Assembly: GCA_043228905.1 (NCBI GenBank)
Contig: JBHGNT010000013.1
Coordinates: 20,522,001-20,586,000, forward strand
DNA from: Azolla caroliniana
Taxonomy: Eukaryota; Plantae; Polypodiophyta
Direction of reading: 5' to 3'
Length of the DNA stretch: 64,000 bases
Below, one piece after another: positions 32,063 to 43,900 of this stretch. Position numbers and translations under genes: made by a program. The notes under the pieces were generated by a model. The model ran no database searches, was not told the DNA's origin, and saw only the letters and a program-made list of their open reading frames with translations. The first letter of the stretch is position 1. Every line of letters starts with the position of its first letter.

Positions 32063-35000
32063 ATGGCACCTCCCTCTAAAAGACAAGCAAATCATCCTTC
32101 TTCCTCTTCTTCTCCTAATGCTGCTCTTCCTCTTCCCGGCCTTGCTATTGGCGTCATAGCAGGTATTGCTGCTGCCATAGCCTCTCACAACCTCCTCAGG
32201 AAGAAGGAGAAGAAGAAGAAAAAGAAGGAGGAGGAGGAGGAGGAGGAGGTCCCCTCTCCATCCCTCGTATTGGAAGAAACCCAAAACATAACTTGTAAAG
32301 AAGATGAAAAAGAAGAAGAAAAGGAGGATGGGTTCTCTGAGAAACCCTTGTTATCATCAGTTAATGAACTAGATTTCAGGCTTGCCTATGGTGAGGAGCT
32401 TCACCTATCTACTCAAGATAGTAGCTTTTCCTCCTCTGACATTGCACTAATTTCAAGTAATGAGGAGACATTGCATGAGGTAAGTAATGATCGTTTGAAA
32501 CCCTTTCCTTCTGAATTTTATGAAATAAAAACTGACAAACTGAGCCTGGAAGATAGAGAAAGGGAAAGAGAAAAAGAGCATTGGAATTATGCCCAAACAG
32601 ATGAAAAACATGTTTCACATATAGATTTGCATCCTTTGTTCACCACACAATCCATTGAAAGTAGACGCATGTCAATTAGTAATATAGAAACTGAGATTGA
32701 TCTAAAACATGATAATGTTGGGATCACAAGTGGTTTCTGTATTAAGGACTCAAATCCCCAACTGTTAATAGATGGGTCTAAAACCGGTCATATGGATATG
32801 AACAATCAGCACTCGAGCCTTGAATTGTTAATAGATGGGTCTAAAACTGGTCATATGAATGTCAGTGATGAAGAAAACATTCATGCAAGGAGGATCTATG
32901 CTGATATTTGTTTAAATCACAAGTATGACCAGCCTAACTACCAATTAAGAGCAGAAGATTCCAATGGCACTGGATCAATCACCAATATACCGAGTTTCAA
33001 TGACACTTGTTTAAGAAAGGATGTTGAGACCAATCATCAATTTTTTATTGGGAGTTTTAATAATGCTATTCAACAGATTAATTTCCAATCAACCCTGGAG
33101 AGATCTGACAATGGTAGTGAAAACCTTGATCTCCAACCAACAATGGAGGGATCTAGTAATGATAACAAAGAGATTAACGTTGAATTAGGATTGGATAATG
33201 GCAGTAGTATCCAACCAGCAATGCAGGAATCAGATAATGTGTCTGAAAACCATAATCTTCAACCAACAATGGAGGGATTTGTTAATCATATAGAAAAGCC
33301 TAATCTCCATATAACAATCGAGAAATTGGACGATGATAGCAAATATCCTAATCTCCAATCAATAAAAGAGAAATCAGATAATGATCGTGAAAATCCTACT
33401 CCCCAACCAACATTTGAGGAATCGGCCAATAGTATTGAACAGCTAACAATGGAGGAGTTGGATAATGTCAGTGAAAATCCTAATCTCCAACCAACAATAG
33501 AGAGATTTGACAATGGTGGTGAAAAGTCTAATCTCCAACCAACAATGGATAATGGTGTTGAAAAGTTTAATCTCCAGCCAGCAAGCAAGGAGCAATCAGA
33601 TAATGGTATTGAAAATCCTAAACTCCAAGCAATAATGGAGAGATCTGATAATGGTAGTCAAAATCCTAATCCCCAGCCACCAATGGATGGATCAGATAAT
33701 GTTATTGAGCAGCAGAATATCCAACCAAGAATGGAGGAATCAGAAAATGTTATTGAAAAACCTAATCCCCAACCAACACTGAAGAGATCTGATTATAGAA
33801 GTGAAAAGCCTAGTCTTGAACAAACAATAGATAATGGTATTGGAGAGCCTAATCTTCAACCAACAATCAAGGAATTGGATAATGGTAGTGAAAGTCTTAA
33901 TCTCGAACCAGAAATGGAGGAATCAGATAATGGAATGGAAAAGCTTAATCTCCCATCGTTGTTGGAGGATGTGAATGATCCATGTTTATTATGTGCCGAA
34001 GATATATATCCAGTTCTTCAATGTACAGTAGATGCTCCTTGTGTTGATAGAGGTATTTGCATGCAATCAATGACTAATGGATTGGATGAAGATCATTCAT
34101 CTATTGATAGAGAGCCTAATCTTCAATCCATGGCACAAGGATCTGATGAATCGTGGAGCATTGACCCTTGTGGCACTTTTTTAAGATGTGTGAATGGATG
34201 CTCGCCAACATTGCAAATCCTTTATGAGACATTTTCTAATCAACAACCAAATATTCGGTCAATAGAAGCCAAATTGGATGATAATTCTCTAGGTTTTGAT
34301 GAACAAGAGGTTAAACTTCAATCCATAATGGTGGTTAATGATGCAAATTTAAGTAATAATGGTGAACATGATCAGCCATTAATATTGGAGGGTTCAGAAT
34401 ATAGCTTATCAGATACCATTGTGAAGCTTGATGCTGGATCAGATATCAAGGGTAATGATGATAATTCTCTAGATGTTGATGGACAAGAGGTTAAGCATCA
34501 ATCCATAGTGGAGGTTAATGATGCAAATTTAAGTAATAATAGTGAACATGATCAGCCATTAATAATGGAGGGCTCAGAATTTACCTTATCAGGTACCATT
34601 GTGAAGCTTGATGCTGGATCAGATATCAAGGGTAATGATGATAATTCTCTAGGTGTTGATGGACAAGAGGTTAAGCTTCAATCCACAGTGGCGGTTAATG
34701 ATGTAAATTTAAGTAATAATAGTGAACATGATCAGCCATTAATATTGGAGGGTTCAGAATATACCTTATCAGATACCATTGTGAAGCTTGATGTTGGATC
34801 AGATATCAAGGGTAATGATGATAATTCTCTAGGTGTTGATGGACAAGAGGTTAAGCTTCAATCCACAGTGGCGGTTAATGATGCAAATTTAAGTAATAAT
34901 GGTGAACATGATCAGCCATTAATATTGGAGGGTTCAGAATATACCTTATCAGATACCATTGTGAAGCTTGATGTTGGATCAGATATCAAGGGTAATGATG

Positions 35001-38000
35001 ATAATTCTCTTGGTGTTGATGGACAAGAGGTTAAGCTTCAATGCATAGTGGAGGTTAATGATGCAAATTTAAGTAATAATGGTGAACATGATCAGCCATT
35101 AATAATGGAGGGTTCAGAATATAGCTTATCAGATACCATTGTGAAGCTTGATGTTGGATCAGATATCAAGGGTAATGATGATAATTCTCTAGGTGTTGAT
35201 GGACAAGAGATTAAGCTTCAATCCATAGTGGAGGTTAATGATGCAAATTTGAGTAATAATGGTGAACATGATCAGCCATTAATAATGGAGGGTTCAAAAT
35301 ATACCTTATTAGATACCATTGTGAAGCTTGATGTTGGATCAGATATCAATGGTAATGAGGATACTTCGTTACTTGTTGATAAAGAGATAAGTGTTAAGTC
35401 AACAATGGCAAAGTGTTTGGAAAATATTTCACAAGAACAAGAACTAAAACTAAATCTTCAATTTGAAGTGGAGGAATATGTTGGAGAAGTACATCCTGAA
35501 ACAACAAAGAAAGTCACAGATGACCCTTGTTTATTTGCTGATCATCATCCTAATTTCCGATTAGCAATGGAAATTTTTGATGATACTTGTAATTTAGAAG
35601 CTAATCCTTCATTTGGTGATGATCCTAATCTTCAATTGGCAATGGAATGTTTTCATGTTGTAGAGGCTAATCTTCCATTACTAGTGGATGGGCCTAATGG
35701 CACTTGCATAAGTATAAATGAAAGGAATGCTCTTCTATCAGCAACAAAGCATTCTGGTAATACTGGTTCATGTGTTAATGATGATGTTTCTATTAGCTTT
35801 GGCAGAGATTCTAATCTCCAAGCAAGATTGGAGGGTTCAGATGACACTTTTTCAATAAGCACTAGTGAACAGCTACCAGGCATCAAGGTGTATGAGAATA
35901 TCGTTTCAACTGATGAAAGAGAACAAAAGATGGAATCACTGGTTGAGGGATCTGATGATGTTGATTTAAGTGCTGAATCGGATGATAATGTTGAATATTC
36001 TAATCATAATCAATCAAAAGAAGTGTCTGATCAGTGTTGTTCTTTCCTTGATGAAGCTCATGATGATCTTCAATCAATCAATGAATGTTCTGAGGACACC
36101 GTTTTAAGCGAAGATATAGAACCAAATCTCAAATCAAATTGTGCTGGTAACAATTTCATACAGACCGATGAACGTGTTAATCTTGAATCAATAATGGAAC
36201 AGTCTGGTAGCATGTTTCCTAATGGTCTGCCTCATCTGCAACCAATAGTGAAAGAATTTGAAAATTTATGTTTCAGTATTGATGTTGAACATGATTTCCA
36301 AGAAACAATGGAAGGGTGGAATACACTGAATGTAGAGCCTGATATCCAACTGGTAGAAGAACATATTGATTATACTTGCTTATGCAAATGTGAAGAACCA
36401 TATGACCTATCAACAATGGAGGGAGTGTCAAATCTTTCAAAATGTTTGGACATTGATGGAGAGTCTATCCTTTTATCAGTATTAATGGAGTCCGACAGTG
36501 CTGGTGAGCCCAAAAGTGGGAGTGGTGAAACTTGTCTAACTAGTGATACAGAGCCAAATGTCCAATTAAAAATGGAGGAATCTGATGATGGTAATGATCA
36601 TCTCACAAGCTTTGGAGTCCCTTATATTCACCCAATGATGAAAGGGTCTGATCCAACTTTTGCAAATCAAAATGTTGATGGAGAAATACATTTCGAATCA
36701 ATAGTGGAACATGGTAACAACAATTTCTTAACTTCTAATGGATATTATAATTGCCAATTAATGGAAGGGTTGGATACTTGTGCTGAAAGAGCAGTTGAAA
36801 AGTGTGATGGAACTAATTCTGATATTCATGGGAAGTTGAATCTTCTACCAATGGGTGGTGAAACTTGTTTCAGCACCAACTTCAATTCAATGGTAGTGCT
36901 AGAGGAATCTGATTCTTTGAGCATTGATGGTGTGCCCAAAAACCAATCAATACTGGAGGGATATGATTATATGTGTTTAATTGGCGATGGAGATCATATT
37001 CTTCAACCAAAAATTGAGGTTTCCGATGACATCTATGGATGTTATCTGAGTGGTGATGATGAATGCAATCACAAAATAACAAGGGAGGGTTCAAATAAAC
37101 CTTGTTTAAGCAGTGAGGGAAACCCTGATCTCTATTTGATACAAACTTTTTCCGATTATCGAACATTGGGGTGGTCTTGTAATATTTCTGAGAACAGTCA
37201 GTCTGAAACTTGTTTAAGTGTAGATAGAGAAACTCCTCACCAATCAACAATGATCCCTGGAGATAATACTCGTTTAAGCTATAACGAATGTCCTTATATC
37301 CAATCAAAAATGGAAGAGCGTGGTCACACTTGTGCTGGTCAAGTGCATAATCTTCTGTCAACATTAGATGACAGTTTGGACATCGATGGAGAATCCAGTG
37401 TAGAGAGATCTGATAATGGTAATCTTCAACTACTAGCAAACTTTGATGAAATTTGTCAAACTAGTGATAGAGAGCTGAATGTCCAATCAGAAATAGATGA
37501 ATCTGCTGATGATAGTCCTGTAAGAAGTGGAATATCTAATGTCCATTCATTCATGAAGGATTCTCCCACCATTTTCTCAATTATTGGTGAAGAAACACAT
37601 TCCAAATCAATAGTTGAAGCTGGTAATGACACTCGGTTAACTTCTACTGGATATGATAAACTCCCAAAATTAGTGAAACACTTAGATGTTTGTAGCAATA
37701 ACGAAATTAATGTTCATACAATGGTAGAGGAGTTTGATATGGCTTATGTTACACCCATCGATGGTGTGTCCAAAAGCCAGTCTTTGCTGGAGACAAATGA
37801 TGATTGTTTAACTGCTAATGGAGATTCCACTGTTCAACCAATAGTTGAGTTTTCTGATGATATTGGTAATATTTATTTGAGTGATGGAGTGGTCAGTGAT
37901 GACAATGTTCCTTTAATCAGTAAACATGGACAGCTAATTATCAATGATGCTGACCCTAACCCTCAATCAGAAATGGAGACGGGGGGCTCTCCCTATACTC

Positions 38001-39346
38001 ACACAACCAACAATGATAAATATGATGATTTATTGATAATTGATAGATCTAATTATACTTGCTTGGTTTCTGATGATTTGCAATGCAGTAGAGAGGGATT
38101 TGAAATCTCTTGTTTAAGTACTGAAGGAGAGCAAGATCTACGATCAGCAACAGAGAGTGTTTCCAATACTAGTGTAAGTATCGTCAATGAAGAACTTCAC
38201 CTCCAATCAAGAATGAAGAACACTGATCAGCATTGTATTCTCAAGTCAACCATTGAAGTGGACAAGTCAGATGCAATGTGTTTAAGAGTTGAAAGAGAAC
38301 CTGATTTTCAATACAAGTTTAATCCTAGAAGCAGCCAACCAAGATCGATGTCTACTTATGAGATTGCAGCCAATGATGAAGATGCAAGCAATGATAAGGA
38401 TGAGATTCGAGGACATACTATCATTGCCCCTCTTAAAGACCATAATGTTGTCAAAGATACTATCATTGATCCTGTTAAAGAGCATGAAGATTGTTCTTTA
38501 ATGATGGATCATTCAGAAGAGCATATAATGAAATCAAGGGGTATAGATATCAATGATGTTAAAGAACCTGTGTGTAATGATGTGATTGAAAAGAGGAAAT
38601 TCGAGCTCGATGGCACAGAAAAGAAACCTAGGTAATTCAGCTCCTTTGTTTTATATCAATTAAATTGTTTCCGCAGAATCTTAATGTGATGTTTAAAGAT
38701 TGAAATCAACACTAATCTTAATGTGATGCCTTTACAGCCATACCAACTCATCTGAAGTGTTATCATGTGAACAAGGATTAACCAGTGTGAAGAAGGTAGT
38801 TCAACCAAGTCTTTATCAATATATTGTATTTCACTTAGTCTTAGTCCTGTTAAGACATACAGTTAATGTCCTCTTCTAGTTCAGTAAGTTTTTATCATGT
38901 TGTTCTTGCCTATTTTTGCTTTGATCCTTGTGAACCAAAATTTGGTCCATGGTTTTCATGAGTTTTTCAAATAACCCTAAATAATCTACTTGCTTTATAG
39001 ATGGTCTGCTAAATCCAAACGTCTTTTGTTCATTGATTAGGAGGATGGAGAACTGAGATCATCAGACGGAAATGGTGATATGAAGACCAACGAGGCATTG
39101 CCTTCAATACACACAAGCAAGAAAAGCAAGAGAAGAAGAAAAGTGAAAAAAGACAAGGTTGTCGTCCAGGGTACACATTGTCGCCAAGAAATACTCAGTG
39201 TTCACCAATCCAAAGATGGGTGGTTTCCAAACAAATTTGAGAAGCTCGCCCCACACTTTGTTCTCTGCTTTGTCTCCGCATGCTTATTTATTGCGGTAAT
39301 AAGTATTGTGCAACAATATTTACAACTATCTGAACCCCTTGGTTAA
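32063..39346 (+). CDS. Uncharacterised ~2310-aa acidic, repeat-rich protein with N- and C-terminal hydrophobic segments
   Basis: Uninterrupted 6.57-kb exon 32063-38631, then GT-AG-bounded exons 38738-38795 and 39041-39346 that join in frame (6933 nt in total). Upstream (CT)n resembles a 5' UTR. No RT, transposase or other recognised domain. Confidence 0.85.
33080..33960 (+). repeat. Coding degenerate repeats of ~19-20 aa (PNLQPTMEESDNGxE type)
   Basis: More than a dozen imperfect copies are visible in the translation, e.g. NPNLQPTIERFDNGGE and KPNPQPTLKRSDYRSE. Confidence 0.85.
34277..35356 (+). repeat. Coding tandem repeat, 180 bp (60 aa) x6
   Basis: GATGATAATTCTCT starts at 34277, 34457, 34637, 34817, 34997 and 35177; copies are near-identical with no indels. 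Confidence 0.97.
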
Positions 39347-40970
39347 TAAGCAAGTGAAACGAATTATTAGAGTAGAACCTTCATGACTTTAGGAAAGGCT
39401 TTAGTTTGCTCTACTTAAAATTTTCTACAATAGAGGATAATACCCTTTGTTAGCAGCAGCCTGTTCAAATGATTGGAGACAAATGTATAAATTTTGTAAT
39501 GAACCACAACATTACCTCTCCTTCATTTTGAGAGGTTGAGCTGAGTATTTGTTATATTTTATGGTTTCCCCAGAAATGTTATGGGGGGATGCGCTGTTTA
39601 TTAGAAAGCATTATTATACATGGCAATATTGATTGAGTTTATTCAAATTATTGAAGAGATAAAAGCATTTGTGCCATTTCTTTGAGAGGTTCAGTTTTTT
39701 TCGTCGTTTCAAAGATTCTTTTCAGCATTTCTAATCATTTTTCATGACCTGGACATTTCTTCCATTAGATGTTTACAGCATTCCTAGAGTCTTGGCATCA
39801 AAGAAGTCAGATGCACACAGACTACTTGGATAGCATAATAAAGGCTCTGCAGGTGTATATCTGCAAAGATGGTGGTTGAAAAGGGCTTCAAAGTTGAGGG
39901 GAGTCCTTTGAAAAACCAATCAAAAGCTGTTTTAAACTAATCACGAAATATTAGCTCCATATCCTTTTATTACTCTTATTACCATTACATTATACGTCCA
40001 AATAATTCAATTTCCAATTGACTCTTTTTTATGAGATTCTTCATAATAATCACTATTGTGGACTTGAGAATAATTTCTATGGACGTTAATTTGTTTGTAC
40101 TTATTAGGAAAAAATAAAAGAAAAAGATTGTTTGTATATTTTCCTATTTGGGTTACATCATTGTTGTCATTACAATTGATTAAGTTATTCAGCTAGAAGT
40201 CATTGTAATTTGTACATATATTTACATTGATACCTACACAGGGATATCTACAGGGATGATGGTTGGGTGTAAAGTTGAGGAAAAAGATTGATTTGTGTCC
40301 TTTGGAAAACCAAACAAAAATTTTCTGCACTAATTACGAGACAACTTGCTCCATGTCCTTTACTTTCATGGTATTGAAGATATAGCAGATAACGTAAAAA
40401 TTGTAAATTCCCAAAAAAGTTATTGAGGAATAACACAGTGAAAAATGTAACATCCCAAGAATTCTCAAGCCAAAATTATACAAAACTTATTAGATGTACA
40501 CAGATGGTTCTAACCCATTAAAGCATATGGCCATTTTGATCTTATTTAGGTGCAGTGCAAATTAGGATGTTGATAGTAGATACTTGCTCTCTATATTCCC
40601 CTTCGTTGGCTTGTTACAAATAATTTGAATCAGTTCATTCACTTTGAATGAGTTAATGCAATTTGGCTCACATTGAAAATTACAATTTCACACTTGTGTG
40701 AAGCAAAACACACTTAATACGTATTGAGTCTACGTTTGTAGTGTTGAAAGTCCTTAACAAGGTATGTCAATCATGAGGAACGAAATCTTGCCCTTCTTCA
40801 TGTCAAAGGGTAAACATCTTTCAACAAAAGATCGACTGATAGAAGTGCTGGCATTCTATATAGAATGTGTGCCATGATAATTCATACACTCATACAAGGC
40901 CTTTAGCTTTATTTGTTGACAACAGACGACTCGCACCTTCATCCAAGAACATACTCTCTCCTCTGCTGAC

Positions 40971-43900
40971 TCAATCTGAGGCTGATTCTGTCTGAATGTT
41001 TGGATCCTGATAAACCTGAGAGGTGATCACTACATGGATAATGCAAATGGTCAGTGAACATTCCCTCTTTCGAGAAGGTAAATGAAGAGAAAGAAAGTTA
41101 TGTACCAACCTTCCAACAGATAACAAATGGGTCACATCTTTGATTGCTTTGTTTGCAGCATATAACATCATCTTTTTCACCTGATTCATAGATAAGAGAC
41201 ATACCAAAATAAAAGACCAGCACACAAGCAGTAACCTCTCACTTCATAAAACTGCTGGTTGAAAGATAACCATGATATGTGAAATATCTAATAATATAGA
41301 AGAATTGGATACAACTATTTGTGCCTTCGTTCTCTTATATCTTATTGAATCATCATCACTCTACATGTGGCAGTCTATTGTCGGTTTTAGCTTGAGTGTG
41401 TGAGATTGCCCATTGAAGCATGCCCACAAGGTTCAAGCGTGTACTCAGGTCAATATTGGCCTCTCTCCTACAGATATGCAATGGGGAATCTATGCACTCT
41501 ATGAATCTGTGTCAGGAAAAGTGCGGTCTTCCAAGGGTTTGTCAGAGGCGGTGGCTAGCACCATCGGAGTGAAGCAAGGATGCCCACTATTACCCACTCT
41601 CTTCGGCCTCTATATAGATGAGGTATCACATTACATAGAGACAAAGGTTTGCCAATAAATGTAACAATATTGTGCTGATTTCTGACTCTCAGGAGGAATA
41701 TTGTACAGACAAAGGTTTGCCGATGAACATGGATAAGACTAAAGTGATGGTGTTTAACACAACTCAAGCATGGGTAATAAGATCAGAACCAGAATTTTTC
41801 TAGGGAGAGGAAAAGGTGAAATACACACGATCTTACACATACCTAGGAGTAACATTTACAGGGCTTAGGTTCTCCTTATGGGAGCCGCTTGTGCCCAACT
41901 TTCTCATGGATATGCAGCCCTTGGTGCTCTCGAGAGACCATGTGCACATTTGCAGTTCCATGAGCCACGAACTAATATGTGGTTATTTGGTACACTTGTC
42001 ACACCAACTCTTCTCTATGGAGTAGAAATGTGGGGACTGAGTCTTAACAAGGCAAATCATTGGAAAGATTTAGAGAGACCTTTAGTGTCAATGACTGCCC
42101 GCAAGATAAGGAGCAAAGCATATGTGCCCCATGATATAACCCGGGCAGAGATGGGAGAAGCACCTATAATCACCAGGCATTGTTCCGATCAGTGACATTT
42201 ATCCAACGTCTTTGGGAGCTCCCTAAACAAAGGTACCTAAGCTTGGCACTTATGTCATGAAGACAACTGGCTGAAAATGGAGACATTCATTGTTGGTATG
42301 CTGAAATGCAGCAATGTTTTGAGTCACATGGCATGAATATAAATGCACTACCCCCGTTCCAATATAACTTGAACTGTCCCCATCTAAACATGACCAAACT
42401 GGAAAAGAACAATGATCCGAACTGATATTATTAACTTGGAAAACAAGATAACATAGAACAGCCCCAAAATATCACTTGGTACAAACATGGCCCACTATAA
42501 GACACTTCTTACACACATCGGAGGATGGATTCATCATCGAGCCACCTTATATGGACATACATCTAGCGAACTTCATCAGATCAGTTACAGATATACACGA
42601 ATACCTCTAGAAGAAAGAATTTGTCAATGGTGTCATCAAGGAGTGAAATCCGAAGAACATTGAGTTTGTCATTGTAGTGTCTTTTATGAAATCAGCGGGA
42701 GATACCATTGCCTCTTTAAACAAGGCTTTGGCCCACTACACAAGGTAATAGAATATGAGGACCAACAATGCCTAGGACTTTTCTTGCTAGAGCTCAAGAG
42801 ACATCGAGAAAGTTGTTGAAGGATACAGCCACACAAGCTCATCCACAAAGAACAATCACAACTTTCTTTAGCTTCATCACTTCTAATGCTACAAGTCAAT
42901 CAAGGGATACACAAATGGACTGCCGACCAAGACATAACAAAGGGGTTACAATTGATCGGGCAATAGCAATTTGTTGTGCATGTAGGCCCGGCCCCATGGA
43001 TCACGACCTCAACACCCTTGTCATCGACAGATAAAGGCCATTATCCCTCGCCATCGCAGGTACTTCCCTCACTTCAGAGACCTTTCCATTCTGGATCGAC
43101 CTATGCTAGAGATCTTTTGAAGACAAACGCTGCAATATATCTAACTTGAGATCTTACATGTGTCGAAAACCAAATTCCCTTGTCTCTTTTTATCTTATTT
43201 ACTTTTATATTTACGGAGTAATATTTATTTTATTTTGATTTGTTGTTCTCAAAGATGAGACAACACTTAAGATGTAATCTCTTGTTTGGTTTTATAGGCC
43301 ATTTTGGCCTCTTAAAAGACGTTCATATTTCTTTCTTCCTTTCTTTCTTTCTCCCTCCCTCCCTCCCAATTTGGGAAGTTCCTCCTACAAATGTGCAATA
43401 GTACCGGAATGCTTATTCCAAATGGTGTATCCTTATGGACCAACACTAATGGTTTTACATGTATAAAACACAATGGAAAGTGTGATTGACTATTAGCTAC
43501 TTTTCAAAGGTATTTTGGATCGCATACATAAATTCTCACTCAGTGAACAGACACTAGAATCCGATCAAAGGACTTCATGTGTTGACCTCAAATGTTTGAA
43601 TAGGTTGGATTGTGAGAAGGCCATGAAAGATAATAAACAACCACACTTTAGCATAAACCTCAAGTGAGCACCCATGTATTCCAAGATGCCTGAGGATATA
43701 TTACAAATAACAAAGATAGAACATGGTGTCACACTAGAATGCAAATGGAAAGCTTTGAAGAAAGTCATTTTCTCATGCAAAAACATGTTTTTTGACCAAG
43801 AACACATCTTGGACATGCACCAAGTTCAAAAGAGCCTTATGATATTAGACGTAGTGAAGGATAAAGAAAATTATCGAAAGCATTTGTATGAGTACAAAAG

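Noticed and set aside
32063-38635. Giant ORF as a transposon or viral polyprotein
   Set aside because: No RT, integrase, transposase or helicase motifs and no flanking LTR or TIR; it has normal spliced terminal exons.
39250-39346. C-terminus of the giant protein as a plant KASH domain
   Set aside because: The tail ends QLSEPLG, not the xVPT/PPPx-type KASH terminus.
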